DNA of 63,916 nucleotides, counting the filler, from Octopus bimaculoides (Eukaryota): NCBI RefSeq assembly GCF_001194135.2. It is 9 parts of 9 records of this genome, joined end to end, with 100 filler letters (N's around TTAATTAATTAA, not from the genome) between each part and the next. Parts side by side here need not be neighbours in the genome. Positions count along the whole stretch, not along the records: positions 56,908 to 63,916 come from NC_068983.1; 8 more parts are not named here. One strand, 5' to 3'. The position numbers and the translations under genes were made by a program. The first letter of the stretch is position 1. The number at the start of each line of letters is the position of its first letter. This document shows, piece by piece, positions 62,083 through 63,916 of the stretch. The notes beneath the pieces were generated by a model. It saw only the letters and a list, made by a program, of their open reading frames with translations. It did not search any database and was not told where the DNA came from.

Positions 62083-62379
62083 ATAATCACACATATATAT
62101 GGATGTGTAAATCTTCTGCTTCTTTATCTCCTCCTACTAACTGCTTGTGAAGTTTATCCTACTACTTGTAGTTACATGTGTGTGTATGACAGGCAGAAAA
62201 TTGTGTATGAGAAGTTGTGTGCATGTGTCCCATGCAGTCAATGTCCATCAGTGTTTTAGGTAACTATTCAGCTTGTCACAGAGTGTTGAACTAAACACAC
62301 ACACACACATTATTGTGTATAAGTTAATAAGAGTATTTTCTTGTACATAAAGGTTTTCTGCAGTTCTTAGAAGACTGTG

Positions 62380-62610
62380 GTGCCAATAACCATGAGTACC
62401 TTTTTGAATTCCATATGTCTAACACACATGGGCATGCCTACAAAGTCAGAAGACAGCACAGCTCCCATGACTTTTGGAAACATTTTTTCACACTCAGAGT
62501 TGCTGAAGCATGGTACAGACTGTCTGCATCAGTTGCTAGCTGCCGAGACACTGCATCCTTTAAAACCTTCATGCTTCCTGAAATTTGCCAACACTACACC
62601 TGCTATTTCC
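62380..62610 (+). mobile_element. CR1-type LINE 3' end
   Basis: THGHAYKVRRQHSSHDFWKHFFTLRVAEAWYRL...SFK. Confidence 0.8.
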
Positions 62611-62999
62611 CCACCTCCATACACATGCACACATGTATATCATGTCTCATACACTGTTCACTTTCCTAACATTCGTACATAATTCTGTGTACTATACATG
62701 CACCTTTGATAAGTTGTAGTGCACCTGAGCACTATACACAATAATTTCATGATCATTATCATATCAAAATTTATATTAATAAAATCAATTCATAGATACA
62801 GCACATGTGAAATACACTATGAAAGTTACTGGTAGTTAAATATCAAATCCAACAATGATGAATAGGATTTACTGTGGAGGATAAACAAAAACAACTGTCT
62901 GTGAGATTTTTTGTTTTCTCACCTGACAGACTGGAATAAGGCAGTCTCTGAAATGTAATCAATAAAACTTTAAGCATGCAAAACTTTCAAGTTGAAAAC

Positions 63000-63340
63000 C
63001 TGTCGTTCATTTGATAAGTCATGGGTGTATACACAATGCAAACTTAACAATCTACAGGTCATGTATTTGCATTTCCAAAACTGTTATGTCCATGAAGTCA
63101 ACACATGAAAGGAATACTTCTACTAGTCCACAGAATGTAATGGGTAAATTAAAACTATTAGTCCATTTCTTCAGCTTTCAGCAAGCTGTTGTAAATGTCT
63201 TGAAACAAAATATCATTATTCCTCAGTTTAATGTTATCTTCAAGATTGTTAAAAACTGGTGGACAAAGGTTTGTTTTTCTTTTTCCATGAGGAATTTACT
63301 TGTACATCTAAGGTACTGGTATACGGATCATAACTTTAGC
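63000..63340 (-). mobile_element. possible Penelope RT relic
   Basis: Degenerate WTNSFNLPITF...VDFMDITV resembles the PLE FLD motif region. Confidence 0.35.
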
Positions 63341-63544
63341 AGTTCTTACCGCCAATTAATGTCATTAACTTTTATTATGTATGTTAATGTTTGTCCCAGT
63401 CTGTTAGAATGACAAAGTCTTCATTTCAGTTACACCATTAAGCGTAATAACTGCAATAACTCATTAAATGTATTTTGACCTGTCAATACTAATCTTCCTT
63501 GGTTCTGTAATACAAATTGCTTTACTCTGAAGTATTCAAGCCTA

Positions 63545-63916
63545 AATTTAAGCCTGGAGGGAGCGAATCATACAAATAATTACAGAGGCATCAAGCTGTT
63601 AGACCAGGTTATGAAAGTTACAGAGAGGGTCATAGCCCAACTAATTAGGGAGCGAATCAATTTAGATGAGATGCAGTTTGGGTTCGTGCCAGGTAAAAGC
63701 ACTACTGATGCCTTATTTCTAGTGAGACAGCTGCAGGAGAAATACCTAGCTAAGGATAAACCTCTGTACCTGGCTTTCGTTGACATGAAGAAAGCCTTTG
63801 ACAGTGTCCCCTGATCCCTTATCTGGTGGTCAATGAGGAAACTTGGGATAGAAGAATGGTTAGTGAGAGCTGTGCGAGCCATCTACAGAGATGCTGCCAG
63901 TAAGGTGAGGGTTGGA
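63545..63916 (+). mobile_element. RTE-clade LINE RT fragment, cut by window end
   Basis: NYRGIKLLDQVMKV...MQFGFVPGKSTTDA...VDMKKAFDSVP. Confidence 0.92.

Noticed and set aside
62923-62966. CTGAC-AGACTG/CAGTCT-CTGAAA followed by AATAAA
   Set aside because: The core lacks the G8-A9 bases and no stem I or III could be drawn; kept only as a possible far-decayed relic.

Overview
AT-rich, gap-rich eukaryotic draft-assembly DNA. From the repeat content I infer a coleoid cephalopod, probably Octopus; I cannot confirm this. Most called sequence is microsatellite or decayed transposable element: three or more tRNA-derived SINE families, RTE, R4/Dong, CR1-like and Penelope retroelement relics, and mariner, DD37D, Tc1-like, hAT, piggyBac-MITE and Helitron fragments. 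Almost all ORFs in the supplied track are microsatellite or N-gap artefacts. Host-gene signal is limited to two pieces. One is the 3' end of a minus-strand gene with a divergent hemopexin-like exon (13529-13782). The other is an isolated PRDM7/9-like PR/SET exon (34712-34906) boxed between two inverted SINEs. The most notable observation is at least eight minimal type I hammerhead-ribozyme folds read by eye, from about six unrelated small-element families. Each family has a different palindromic or near-palindromic stem III, and one family is the 3' tail of a tRNA-headed SINE present as a head-to-head inverted pair. Element boundaries are approximate unless exact motifs are quoted. No database searches or folding calculations were run.
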